This document shows, piece after piece, positions 47,583 to 57,274 of a stretch of 64,000 nt of DNA (position 1 is the first letter of the stretch; every line of letters starts with the position of its first letter). Below the pieces are notes generated by a model. That model ran no database searches and was not told the origin of the DNA. It saw only the letters and a program-made list of their open reading frames with translations. The stretch lies in IMG/VR virus record IMGVR_UViG_3300045747_000276, positions 161-64,160 of that record; one strand, written 5' to 3'. Position numbers and translations under genes: made by a program. Source of the stretch: a virus (taxonomy: Duplodnaviria; Caudoviricetes).

Positions 47583-48268
47583 ATCATTTTAAAGGGTACT
47601 CGCAGGTAATGGCAAGCAGGTAGGTCATCCAGTTAACTCTGGTGCTGTAGTCAAAGGTTCGACTCCTTTGTGTCCTTCAAAATGATTTTTGTGAAAGTAA
47701 GGGGCGGTACCGTTGTGTGCCGAAAGACGGAGTCAGTTCAGTCGCAAGCCGTGTAAAATCTTCCATTCCTCAGAACTCACAAATCATTCACTATGCCGAT
47801 AGTAGAGACTATCCACCGGGACGGGCGAGAAGCGACCCCACCAATTTTGATGCCTAAGTGTATGTAACTGCCAGGGCACAGGGTCAGCGAAGAAATTCAC
47901 CGACGGGGAGCATACACATCATTTTAAAGTATATTTTGCAACCGTTTCGCACTGCTTTCGGTCAATGTTCAATATACTTTAAAATGATTATCACAGTTGT
48001 TATGTAAGCCATTCACGGGGCTGCTGAAGAGATATTGGAACTCGGAATTCCAGATACTAACGACAGGTTATTGCAAACATTGTTGCAACAGTGTAGCGTG
48101 GTCGCAGCGGATACTATCCGCTTTCAGGTCCGATTCCTGGCGATAACCGTGATTATCATTTTTAAATCTATTGTGTGTTGAGTATATGAGTATCTTGGGA
48201 ACCGTCGAACGAACACTCTATTTCATGTCGTTAGACTGCGGCCGCAGCACAGTAGGTTTAAAAATGAT
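47583..48268 (+). repeat. Array of inverted-repeat-bounded structured cassettes (ATCATT.../...AATGAT arms)
   Basis: Long stems at 47583-47686, 47681-47788, 47918-47988, 47983-48160, 48155-48268. Confidence 0.7.
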
Positions 48269-48341
48269 ATTCCAATTGAAGTACCAATAAATATAATGAA
48301 GAAATTGCCTATAATGGCGCTTTTATATTTACGGAGAAAAC

Positions 48342-48989
48342 GTGATTACTTTTATAAAGAAATTAATTGGGAAAAATGGAGTTAAATGCGACAACGATTT
48401 TTCCGAAGATACTCGTGGGGTGACTATCATAGATGAATTGGAATCTAGTGATGAAAGAATGGAATTAGATGCACGAAAAAAATGGAGATTGTCTATGGCT
48501 AAATCTGCCATGAGGGACGTTTTCTATAGATTTGGTGTCGGCGGTGATAGGTATAAGTTTAAAATATTGCCAATTGATGAAAGAAATCACAACTTTGTGA
48601 TTCTTGTTGATATAGTAAAGCATTTTGAACTGGATGAGTTGACCACATCATCAAAACTTATAGAGATGGAAAAGGCCCTTAAGAAAGAATCATATTATAA
48701 TTATGGTGTAAATGTGCATGGGTTGTATTGGGGAGCAATTGACGGCGTTAGTATAGTTTCGCCAGCTAATATCGATTACCATATTAACATACCTAGGGAA
48801 GAAGCCGATTTAGCAGACACATCCTTATGGGTAACAGGTGATTGTCCTCAAACAGAGGACTTTTTTGATAATGTATCACTTGAGGATAAATTAGCATTTC
48901 AAAATGCTATTAAAAACGGTGATGCTTCTCTCCCTCCGATAAAAAATCGTGGGAAGATTTATAATACAGATTTGGCACCATTTGAATAG
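48342..48989 (+). CDS. Hypothetical protein
   Basis: RBS ggag; 'RDVF...YKFKILPID' resembles betaproteobacterial hypotheticals (from memory, unverified). Confidence 0.65.
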   Translation: MITFIKKLIGKNGVKCDNDFSEDTRGVTIIDELESSDERMELDARKKWRLSMAKSAMRDVFYRFGVGGDRYKFKILPIDERNHNFVILVDIVKHFELDELTTSSKLIEMEKALKKESYYNYGVNVHGLYWGAIDGVSIVSPANIDYHINIPREEADLADTSLWVTGDCPQTEDFFDNVSLEDKLAFQNAIKNGDASLPPIKNRGKIYNTDLAPFE

Positions 48990-48998
48990 GAATTTAAT

Positions 48999-49181
48999 AT
49001 GAATACAAAATCTACACCAAAGAGTTGTTCTTGTACTCAATGCACAAGAGGCAAACATACAAAAAGTGGAAGACAGCTTATGCGTCTTGATGAACGTGCA
49101 TTTAGACACAGTCAAAAGCAAAAGATTAAGAAGAGTTCGGGTGACTACGAGATAGCACCCATTGGAAATTATTACGATTAG
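48999..49181 (+). CDS. Small basic hypothetical protein
   Basis: RBS agga; CSCTQC. Confidence 0.6.
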   Translation: MNTKSTPKSCSCTQCTRGKHTKSGRQLMRLDERAFRHSQKQKIKKSSGDYEIAPIGNYYD

Positions 49182-49302
49182 GAGAAAATATGAAACCGAG
49201 AAATTATTTGGTGCCTTTGGCACTGAAACGAAAGGCGGGATTGCATTGTAAAACCAACAAAGCAACTCGCCGTAAAGAAAATGCAGAAATGGTAAAAATT
49301 AT

Positions 49303-49378
49303 GGAATCGTAGTGAAACGGTTATCACAGCAGACTTTTAATCTGCCAGTTCTGGGTTCGAATCCCAGCGGTTCCACCA
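49303..49378 (+). tRNA. tRNA-Lys(TTT)
   Basis: gcaga-CTTTTAA-tctgc; ACCA. Confidence 0.92.
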
Positions 49379-49578
49379 TTATTTAAATGTATTGATTGTA
49401 GTGTATTTAAACAATGGAGTATAATAATGCCAAAGATCATCATAGTAGACAACCAAGAAGAACACAATAAAATTTTGTTTGAATTGGGTTTATTGGATGA
49501 TGAGGAAGATTGGGATTTATACCAGAAACAAGAAAAGATATTTGATGATATAGATGAAGAATCCTATATAAAGTATAC

Positions 49579-49655
49579 GCGGATGTGACGCAATTGGTAG
49601 ACGTGTTTGATTCAAAATCAAAATTCTGAGAGTTCGAGTCTCTCCATCCGCACCA
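49579..49655 (+). tRNA. tRNA-Leu(CAA), short variable loop
   Basis: tttga-TTCAAAA-tcaaa; body nearly identical to 45764-45840. Confidence 0.88.
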
Positions 49656-49929
49656 CAATTTGAGATAGACGATGAGATTGAGTCCCTTATATTCTAGTGC
49701 CCTATTCTTGAGCATGACACACCAGTAGAATTGTATAAGGTTGTATAAACTCTCTCATTCGAGACAACCCAGCGAGTCCTTAAGAAAGATAGTTGGTCGC
49801 TCAAACCCTTTTTGTATTCAATCGCTACAGTGGAACACCGATAGCCCCAACAAGTCTCGAGTACGGTAAGGCAGGCCATGAAGGAGGGCGGTTCATGGGT
49901 TCAAGTCCCGGAATACAAATTTATTTGAA

Positions 49930-50270
49930 TGGTAGTAAACTGATCGTAAGAAACGATTGCAACACGGGAGTGCAACTCTCCTCACCTCCACCATAAGAAC
50001 TCTGAATCTTGCAGCAATGCATGATCAGGTTTGGTACTCCAGATCCCTCTTGCACGGTAACACCGATAACAAAGACAGATGCACCGAGAGTTCTTTTGAT
50101 GGGGGTGCCTTAGGATCGACTGCGAAAGAAGTACAATGCATTGGCTACTCGTCACAGATAGACGTAAAAAGTAAAACGCAATTAAATGCAAACGACGAAA
50201 GATTCGCTTTAGCCGCATAGGCCTAGCGTAAGGAGTTCGATGGGTTGTCCTTATAACAGACTCAACCCAT
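49930..50270 (+). ncRNA. ssrA: Circularly permuted (two-piece) tmRNA
   Basis: Acceptor piece ends cacctcc-ACCA at 49993; coding piece begins GGGGGTG at 50101 (G3.U70); tag ANDERFALAA* at 50188-50220. Confidence 0.92.
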
Positions 50271-50457
50271 CATAATTGAGTGCGAATCGAAATTGATCCT
50301 AACCATGTCGCTCTACCTGCTAAGGGATAAACAATGCTGGAAACCTTTGACTGTGGTGGTCATTGCACACACCAGTGCAGGGCACTCAATTATTGCAGAA
50401 TTTGACATCAAAGAATTTGTCATATATAATTCATACATCAATTAAATAAACCAAAGG

Positions 50458-50643
50458 ATGTTTGATATGGCAGCAGTAAATATGAAGGAATGGCATGTGG
50501 TAGTTCTTGAGGGTTGCAAGCGCTTGTTTGACAAGGTTTATTACAAGGTAGAAGAAGCCCGTGCAGCAGAGAAAGAAAAACGTGTCGAGTATGCTGACCG
50601 CATGGCAGCAGGTGAAGTTCGTGTTGTTCGTGAATGGTATTAA
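50458..50643 (+). CDS. Hypothetical protein
   Basis: Follows TTGACA-17-TATAAT at 50402-50430. Confidence 0.6.
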   Translation: MFDMAAVNMKEWHVVVLEGCKRLFDKVYYKVEEARAAEKEKRVEYADRMAAGEVRVVREWY

Positions 50644-50844
50644 TTTAAAGGATATATAATGGCTAAGTTGACAGGTCCCAATTTCAATTTGAGTAAGACT
50701 ACCAAGCGTTTGATGGCTACTATTGCCAATGATGACGCTCGGCACACATTCAAGCATTGCATGATCGGTGCTCAATATGCTGCAAGCATAGTGCCTAAGT
50801 CGAAGAAGGAAAAGGACGTAGTTACAGGTTTATTGTAAGATTTC

Positions 50845-50918
50845 GCCCCATTAGTACAGAGGTAGTACAACGGTTTTGTAGTCCGTAGACGGCAGTTCGA
50901 TTCTGTCATGGGGCACCA
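50845..50918 (+). tRNA. tRNA-Thr(TGT)
   Basis: acgg-t-TTTGTAG-t-ccgt; ACCA. Confidence 0.88.
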
Positions 50919-50923
50919 GATTT

Positions 50924-50997
50924 GCGTGGTTAGTTAAATGGTAGAACCAGGCGTTGCCAACGCTTAAACAGGAGTTCGATTCTCCTACCCCGCACCA
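50924..50997 (+). tRNA. tRNA-Gly(GCC)
   Basis: aggcg-TTGCCAA-cgctt; ACCA. Confidence 0.88.
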
Positions 50998-51005
50998 AAA
51001 TTTAT

Positions 51006-51079
51006 ATCGGTATCGTCTAAGAGTAGGATGGTTGCCCCTCAAGCAGCAGATCGGATTGCAATTATCCGTACCGATTCCA
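51006..51079 (+). tRNA. tRNA-Glu(CTC)
   Basis: gttgc-CCCTCAA-gcagc (C33); TCCA. Confidence 0.75.
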
Positions 51080-51084
51080 GTTAC

Positions 51085-51172
51085 GGGGTGTGGAAACCTT
51101 GGAGGTTAAGCGGCTTTGAATACCGTTCCACTGTTAATAGCGGTGATGGTTCGACTCCATCATACCCCGCCA
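51085..51172 (+). tRNA. tRNA-Ser(TGA)
   Basis: gcgg-c-TTTGAAT-a-ccgt; long variable arm; GCCA. Confidence 0.78.
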
Positions 51173-51177
51173 TTTAT

Positions 51178-51267
51178 AGCGAGTTGCCAGAGAGGCCTAT
51201 TGGCGCATCTTGGAAAGATGATGGCTCCGCAAGGGGCACGGGAGTTCGAATCTCCCACTCGCTGCCA
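51178..51267 (+). tRNA. tRNA-Ser(GGA)
   Basis: catc-TTGGAAA-gatg; long variable arm; GCCA. Confidence 0.88.
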
Positions 51268-51273
51268 AATAAT

Positions 51274-51362
51274 GGAAGATTATTGATGCAGGTGCATCAC
51301 ATTGCCTCGAAAACAATTGGGGTCCTAAAGGGCCTGGGGTTCGATACCTCAATCTTCCTCCA
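51274..51362 (+). tRNA. tRNA-Ser(CGA)
   Basis: attg-c-CTCGAAA-a-caat; long variable arm; TCCA. Confidence 0.78.
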
Positions 51363-51391
51363 TATAAATATTCTTTTTATCAGAGAATATT

Positions 51392-51943
51392 ATGCAAAGT
51401 TTCAAAGATTTCTTGTCAGAACATATATTGTCTATAGGATTCAATCCAGATCACGAAAAGTATCGTGAGACGCATAGATCAGAAATGCACAATCTTATTA
51501 AAAATGCTTATAAAGAAATAGGCGGTTATGCTGGCCTAGGTCACGGATCTAAAGAAGAATCTGATACAATTCATAATGATATTAGTAAGCTAAATATCAA
51601 AGCAGTCAAGAGAGATGGCAAAATATCATCAATGAATATGTATAAAGACCAACACGGTCGCAAGTCAGTGGCATCAGCTACCGACACTAGTACACAAGGC
51701 AAAAAAGATTTCATCAAAACAAAAGATGAAGATAATAAGCAGAAGCGGGCGTGGGGTGAAGTTTCTGGCGCTGTTGAACATTTACAAAAGAAGTTGGGAG
51801 TTCCTAGTATACCGTCTAGTAGGACTAAGGAATTGATTGATAAAGATGTCAATAAGCATGATGATGGCTATCATTATGACCGGAAAATTGGTGCTGAGCA
51901 CCACACCAAAGTCATGATGGGTCACCCCAAGGTTGTCAAATAA
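51392..51943 (+). CDS. Late-expressed protein, possible internal head protein
   Basis: TATAAATA at 51363-51370; N-terminus 'MQSFKDFLSE' resembles T4-type capsid-targeting sequences. Confidence 0.6.
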   Translation: MQSFKDFLSEHILSIGFNPDHEKYRETHRSEMHNLIKNAYKEIGGYAGLGHGSKEESDTIHNDISKLNIKAVKRDGKISSMNMYKDQHGRKSVASATDTSTQGKKDFIKTKDEDNKQKRAWGEVSGAVEHLQKKLGVPSIPSSRTKELIDKDVNKHDDGYHYDRKIGAEHHTKVMMGHPKVVK

Positions 51944-51967
51944 GTTTAACTGTGATACAATAAAAAT

Positions 51968-52486
51968 ATGAAAACAGTAGTAGTTTATTTCCATGGGTAT
52001 GCCAGTTCCCCAAATTCTGACAAAGTAGATAGGTTGCGTTCTGCTGGATTTGATGTATATTCATTTCCAATTGATGTTAACCCAGATATTTCATTACCAG
52101 CATTGAGGGACAGTATTGATCAAATGCTGGTGGGTTATAATGATTATGACACAAGGGTGGTGTTTGTCGGAACCTCATTGGGTGCGTGGTATGCGTCAGT
52201 TATGGGGGTTGAATATGATGTATTCTCAATACTAATTAACCCATCATTCGCTCCTAACCCATCATTACTAAAATATGATGTTCCTAAAGATATTGTTGAA
52301 AAATATTTTAGAATGGAAGTCATAACAGGTGCAAAGTATTTCATCGGATTAGAAGATGAAGTTTTAAAATTCGACAAAGTGATGTTATCACATTTAGATA
52401 CAACTTATGTCGAAAATGCAGGTCACAGATTCAATGGCCCAGAATTCGATTTAGTTATAGAATATATTAAAGGTCTTGTTAAGTAA
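51968..52486 (+). CDS. YqiA/UPF0227-like alpha/beta hydrolase
   Basis: 'YFHGYASSPNS.K', 'GTSLG', 'INPS', 'DEVL', 'GHRF'. Confidence 0.85.
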   Translation: MKTVVVYFHGYASSPNSDKVDRLRSAGFDVYSFPIDVNPDISLPALRDSIDQMLVGYNDYDTRVVFVGTSLGAWYASVMGVEYDVFSILINPSFAPNPSLLKYDVPKDIVEKYFRMEVITGAKYFIGLEDEVLKFDKVMLSHLDTTYVENAGHRFNGPEFDLVIEYIKGLVK

Positions 52487-52546
52487 AAAGAATACTACGA
52501 CTTTGACATAGTCGAATCAGAGGAGCGTTACCTCTACAAGATACCA
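52473..52546 (+). tRNA. tRNA-Val(GAC)
   Basis: cgact-TTGACAT-agtcg; T-loop AGCGTTA; ACCA. Confidence 0.78.
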
Positions 52547-52571
52547 ACAATTGCCAAGAGCAACTCAATAA

Positions 52572-52645
52572 GCTGTGTTCGTATAGTGGGATTACACAAC
52601 CCTCGTAACGTTGATACGCTGGTTCGATCCCAGCACGCAGCTCCA
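52572..52645 (+). tRNA. tRNA-Thr(CGT)
   Basis: caac-c-CTCGTAA-c-gttg; TCCA. Confidence 0.85.
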
Positions 52646-52684
52646 CAATTTTACAAATAAGTTTCAATCGTGCATAATTGATTT

Positions 52685-53245
52685 ATGAACATGACAGAAC
52701 ATTTATTGAGTAGATGGTTTGACCAAACCAAATATCCCAATGCAACATTACATGAAAACCAATTGACATTACCACTTTACAATATGAGTGGCAAGTTTGT
52801 GGGTTACCAAACTTATAACCCGACATTACCAAAATTACATGTTGACGATCCCAGATTAGCTAGGTATTTTACATGGGTAACTAAACCTTGCGGCAGTAAA
52901 AACGCTGAAGTTGCTGTGTGGGGTTTAGAAACAGTTAACTGGTATGATAAAGTTTTATTTTTGACTGAAGGTGTGTTTGATGCATGTAGATTACATTGGC
53001 ATGGCTTCCCTGCTGTTGCAGTATTGAGTAATAACCCAGTGCACCTTAGGAGTTGGCTAAAAGCGTTACCCAGTAAAAAGGTTGCTTGCGTGCAAGGTGA
53101 TGCAGCAGGAATGAAGTTGGCCAAATTTGGTGACTATCAGGTGTTCCTTCCTGCAGGCAAAGATGTGGGTGATTTGACAGAAAGCGAACTCGAACAATGC
53201 TTTGCCAGGTTCCTTGACAACAAAGTCCCTATGGTGCATAATTGA
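52685..53245 (+). CDS. TOPRIM-domain (primase-like) protein
   Basis: 'LTEGVFDA', 'GDAAG', 'KDVGD'. Confidence 0.75.
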   Translation: MNMTEHLLSRWFDQTKYPNATLHENQLTLPLYNMSGKFVGYQTYNPTLPKLHVDDPRLARYFTWVTKPCGSKNAEVAVWGLETVNWYDKVLFLTEGVFDACRLHWHGFPAVAVLSNNPVHLRSWLKALPSKKVACVQGDAAGMKLAKFGDYQVFLPAGKDVGDLTESELEQCFARFLDNKVPMVHN

Positions 53246-53430
53246 TTCATATTTTGAAAGTTTAACATGATTGATATTGATGATTTGCAAGGTAGCAGCG
53301 AATACGCTGAATACATTATGGAACATGCTGCAGGGGATAGAATCATCTGCAATGGTGATACATTAGTTATTGCTATGGAAGACGGATATTTGTTTGATGA
53401 TTTTCTAGATTCAATAGGAGTAGTTCAATA

Positions 53431-53886
53431 ATGAAAGTACTGTATATCATTCGGGGATTGCCAGGTTCTGGTAAATCTACCCTTGCTAAAAATATGAGGC
53501 AAGATGGATTTTATGGACTCCCAAAATATTTCGAGGCAGATATGTTTTTCACTGGCCCCGATGGAGCATATAAATTTGACGCATCGAAGTTATCGGAAGC
53601 CCATCAAAAATGCAAATTATGTACTGAGGCAGAGATGCTTCTGGGTAAGAATGTTACGGTATCAAATACATTCACTAAGTACTGGGAAATGGCAGTATAT
53701 TTTGAAATGGCGACCAGATACGGATATGCAATAAAAATTATCCACTGTAAGAAGCGATATAATAATATCCATGGGGTATCAAACGAAATTATTGATATGA
53801 TGGAATTGAGGATGGAATCAGATAATTTTATTGCAGAACAGTGTGCGAATAAAGGTTTAACTGTTGAAATTTCAGAAATAATTTAA
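53431..53886 (+). CDS. P-loop (AAA_33) kinase, polynucleotide-kinase-like
   Basis: 'IRGLPGSGKSTLA', 'EAD.FF', 'VSNTFT', 'NIHGV'. Confidence 0.82.
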   Translation: MKVLYIIRGLPGSGKSTLAKNMRQDGFYGLPKYFEADMFFTGPDGAYKFDASKLSEAHQKCKLCTEAEMLLGKNVTVSNTFTKYWEMAVYFEMATRYGYAIKIIHCKKRYNNIHGVSNEIIDMMELRMESDNFIAEQCANKGLTVEISEII

Positions 53887-54200
53887 ATAGGAGTTTATAT
53901 GTTCACTTTGATGTTTTGCCTGGTGCTCATACTTTTGCTTGCAGCTCGCGATAATAATAACTGGCCGTTCCCATGAAAATGAACAATATGGTTAGTGTGC
54001 TAATGCACCGCGAAGATATGACCTATGATGAGGTCGCATCATGGATTAAATCTGCGACTGATGATATGACAGATCCTGAGGAACTACTTCTTGATGAATT
54101 TGGGCTCGAACCAGATTACATCTGGGATCTGCTAGAATTTGTGTGATTGACATTTAAGTTCCCATCACTCATAATTGAAATATGATGAAGGATGCATTAA

Positions 54201-54434
54201 ATGAAATTGTTTTTAGAAACAACGGTTTGGGATAACAACATCCCAAACCACACTTACATATTAGAAGACGACAAATCTCGTATGCATGGGTATATTCAAA
54301 TGGGGCACAAAGAACCGTTTATGTTTAAAAAACCTATAGGGTTCAGTGCAAGTAAGAGAACATTTAAAATGCTTGGTGAATATACAGATGTGGTTCCCAG
54401 GAAGCCATGGCCATTTGCAAAGGTAACAGAATGA
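54201..54434 (+). CDS. Hypothetical protein
   Basis: 'ETT.W....PNHTY' pattern; follows the promoter at 54147-54175. Confidence 0.65.
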   Translation: MKLFLETTVWDNNIPNHTYILEDDKSRMHGYIQMGHKEPFMFKKPIGFSASKRTFKMLGEYTDVVPRKPWPFAKVTE

Positions 54435-54973
54435 GTAAAATATTTTTCACAAGCGACACGCATTTTTTCCACAGGAACATTTTGAAGTTTTGCCCTAACA
54501 CTAGGCGAGGTTCCAACGAAATAGATATGACTAATCATATAGTGCATGATTGGAATTCTAAGGTATCAGCAAACGATTTGGTTTATCATCTTGGCGACGT
54601 ATCTTTTGGTGATGAGGAAAAGACTAAATCTGTATTGTGGAGGCTTAACGGAAAAATCATCCTAGTTAAGGGAAATCACGACAAAGTTGTAACTAATGGT
54701 GATTGTTCGGCTAGATTCGAGTCTATTACAGACTATGCCAGAATTTCTATTGACGGGCATGAAGTTATGATGTTTCACTTCCCTATTTGGGAATGGGATA
54801 AAATGCACCGAGGGTCTTTTCACCTATATGGCCATGTACACGGTAATAGTTCTGTGCCTGGTAGGGCAATGGATGTTGGTGTTGATATGAGACCAGGCGT
54901 CGATATGTCACCATGGTCATGGGATGAGATTAAGAAAAAAATATCACCTATTGAAATTCGGAGTCATCACTAG
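54431..54973 (+). CDS. Calcineurin-like phosphoesterase
   Basis: 'FTSDTHF.H', 'HLGD', 'GNHD', 'GHVH', 'DVGVD'. Confidence 0.88.
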   Translation: MSKIFFTSDTHFFHRNILKFCPNTRRGSNEIDMTNHIVHDWNSKVSANDLVYHLGDVSFGDEEKTKSVLWRLNGKIILVKGNHDKVVTNGDCSARFESITDYARISIDGHEVMMFHFPIWEWDKMHRGSFHLYGHVHGNSSVPGRAMDVGVDMRPGVDMSPWSWDEIKKKISPIEIRSHH

Positions 54974-55045
54974 GGTTAAATATAAAGAGGGTTACACTGA
55001 CCCATTAATCAGTGTTTAAATAGGAGTAGGAAGTTGAGGTAGATT

Positions 55046-55615
55046 ATGACAGCAATTTTAGCATTAGATATTTCAGGACAACCGGTTAAGTGGATAAACG
55101 TCGAAGAGGCAGTTCACTATTACGCAACAGACAAAGTAATTTTTGAATTGGGTGATGTAGTAGCGACTTTGCGCGGTGGGCACAATAACCAAGGAATTCA
55201 ATCTAAGATTTCGACTAAATCTATCATTGCAGTTTCTGGTGGAGGTTCCAAAAATAATAAGCAAGATGCCACTCTAAGCAAGAATGATTATCTATTCAGA
55301 CGAGACCGGTGTGTATGTGCATACTGTGGCGAAACATTCAGAGAGTTTGAATTGACTCGTGAACACATTACACCAAAGGCACAAGGTGGAAAAGACACAT
55401 GGATGAACCTAGTTACTGCTTGCGGTCCTTGTAATCACCACAAGGCAAATAGGACACCAGAGCAAGCAGGCATGGAATTGATTTACGTTCCTTACATACC
55501 ATCAAGGTGGGAGGGATTTATTTTGGCAAACAGGAAGATTCTTGTTGATCAAATGGAATATCTTACATCTAAGCTTCCAAAACATAGCCGGTGGCACCCA
55601 AACTATATTTGTTAA
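55046..55615 (+). CDS. HNH endonuclease (McrA/HNH_5-like)
   Basis: 'RD...CAYCG', 'EHITPK..GG..TW.NLVTACGPCN..K'. Confidence 0.88.
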   Translation: MTAILALDISGQPVKWINVEEAVHYYATDKVIFELGDVVATLRGGHNNQGIQSKISTKSIIAVSGGGSKNNKQDATLSKNDYLFRRDRCVCAYCGETFREFELTREHITPKAQGGKDTWMNLVTACGPCNHHKANRTPEQAGMELIYVPYIPSRWEGFILANRKILVDQMEYLTSKLPKHSRWHPNYIC

Positions 55616-55628
55616 CATTTAAATTATT

Positions 55629-56786
55629 ATGAAAATTGTTCGATATCCAGTAACCAATACAAAACGTCTGTTTAGTGATGACTACAATTATCACTTTAAT
55701 CAGAAAACAGGTGCATTCGCCAGATGGGGTGCAACACTAGAAGATGATCCTAAGGTAGGAAAACTGGAAATTTTCGACCTTGAGGTATCAGAAGAATGCA
55801 ATGGTATTCCTGATGTTGGGTCTAGTATTGCCGTTCCCTGTAAACATTGTTACAAGAGCAATACTAAATCTGGTCGAAATATGTCCTTTGAAACATTTAA
55901 GAACATTTTCGATAAATTGCCTGAATCCCTAACCCAGATAGCATTTGGTATTGGTGATATGGACGCAAACCCAGACTTAGTTAAAATGTTTGATTACTGC
56001 AGGGTCAATAAACACAATCCGGGTGTAGTTCCGAATTTAACTATTAATGGGTGGGGATTGACTGACGAATGGGCAGATATACTGGCAGAAAAATGTGGTG
56101 CCGCTGCAGTTAGCAGGTATGATAATAAGGATGTGTGTTATGATGCAGTTAAGAAGTTGACTGACCGTGGCATGGCGCAGGTTAACATTCACGCTGTGAT
56201 TGCTAATGAGAATGTAGAACAATGCTATGAATTAATAAATGATGCAATTTCTGACCCTCGTCTAAGTAAGATGAAAGCTATTGTTTTCCTCACGCTTAAA
56301 CCAAAAGGCAAACGCAATACATGGACAACAATTAAAGATGTCACTGTTTATCGCAACTTGGTTTCTTATGCCATGGATAGAGACATTGGAATTGGGTTTG
56401 ATTCTTGTAGTGCACCAACATTCCTTGCAGCGATGAAGGATCATCCGAGGTTTGATTTATTTAGTCAGTTGAGCGAATCGTGTGAATCCGATCGCTTCAG
56501 TGGTTATGCTAATGTGGACGGAATATGGAGTCATTGTTCATTCACTGAGGGTCTTCCAAATTGGGGGACAGTTGACCTTAAAACGATAACAGATTTTGAT
56601 AAAGAAGTTTGGAATGCACCCGAGGTAAAACGATTTCGTGAATGCCTTACCTGCCAAGATAACTCTCATATTGGGGATGAAGTATATTTGTGCCCAGTAT
56701 ATGATTTGTACTCAGAAGAAGTGGGTAGAGCAAAAAGTGCAGTTGTTAAATCTGACCGACGGGTCATTGAAATTATGAGTGCTTAA
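55629..56786 (+). CDS. Radical SAM protein
   Basis: Expanded C-x12-C-xx-C motif 'CNG...PCKHCY'; C-terminal Cys cluster. Confidence 0.8.
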   Translation: MKIVRYPVTNTKRLFSDDYNYHFNQKTGAFARWGATLEDDPKVGKLEIFDLEVSEECNGIPDVGSSIAVPCKHCYKSNTKSGRNMSFETFKNIFDKLPESLTQIAFGIGDMDANPDLVKMFDYCRVNKHNPGVVPNLTINGWGLTDEWADILAEKCGAAAVSRYDNKDVCYDAVKKLTDRGMAQVNIHAVIANENVEQCYELINDAISDPRLSKMKAIVFLTLKPKGKRNTWTTIKDVTVYRNLVSYAMDRDIGIGFDSCSAPTFLAAMKDHPRFDLFSQLSESCESDRFSGYANVDGIWSHCSFTEGLPNWGTVDLKTITDFDKEVWNAPEVKRFRECLTCQDNSHIGDEVYLCPVYDLYSEEVGRAKSAVVKSDRRVIEIMSA

Positions 56787-57274
56787 TGGAAAAATGTTTT
56801 GATGGTTGGGCCCGAGACAATGGAAATATTTCAGGTAGGTGTTGCTGCAACTGTAAATATCAGAGGCCTATTGTGGGGCACCCATGGAATAAAAGAATGG
56901 GTAGTCCCATACAGGGCCCAATGGATATAGTTATAGGGTTTGGGTGCAACATACCAGATGCACCCAATACAGTTTTTTTTGAATTTAAGCACGGAATGTG
57001 TGAAAACCATGATTGGGATAGAGATGAAGAAAAATAGCGAATTTAATGTTTTTAGAAAGTTGTTTGCTGTCGCAACTGACAATTGTTCTATAGAGGGTGT
57101 GAATAGTGCTTATTCGTGGGAAGATGAATATGCTAAGCTCATAGCAAAAGAAATAATCACTAGGATCGAAGATTCCGCTGTGGGTGATTATGGTGCAGGT
57201 GAATGGGACAGGGGGTATGATACAGGATTAGCGCAAGCCACTGCAGTCATACGTCTTATGATCAAGGAAATGCT

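Noticed and set aside
50011-50017. GCAGCAA inside the tmRNA intervening segment as another box copy
   Set aside because: It lacks the TT prefix, the adjacent closing stem geometry and the GTTAA tail; probably chance.
42513-51468. ORF-track entries overlapping tRNAs and tmRNA (e.g. 43879, 44391, 44879, 45516, 49957, 51028)
   Set aside because: They are chance frames across RNA genes; the 49957 ORF simply ends in the tmRNA tag.
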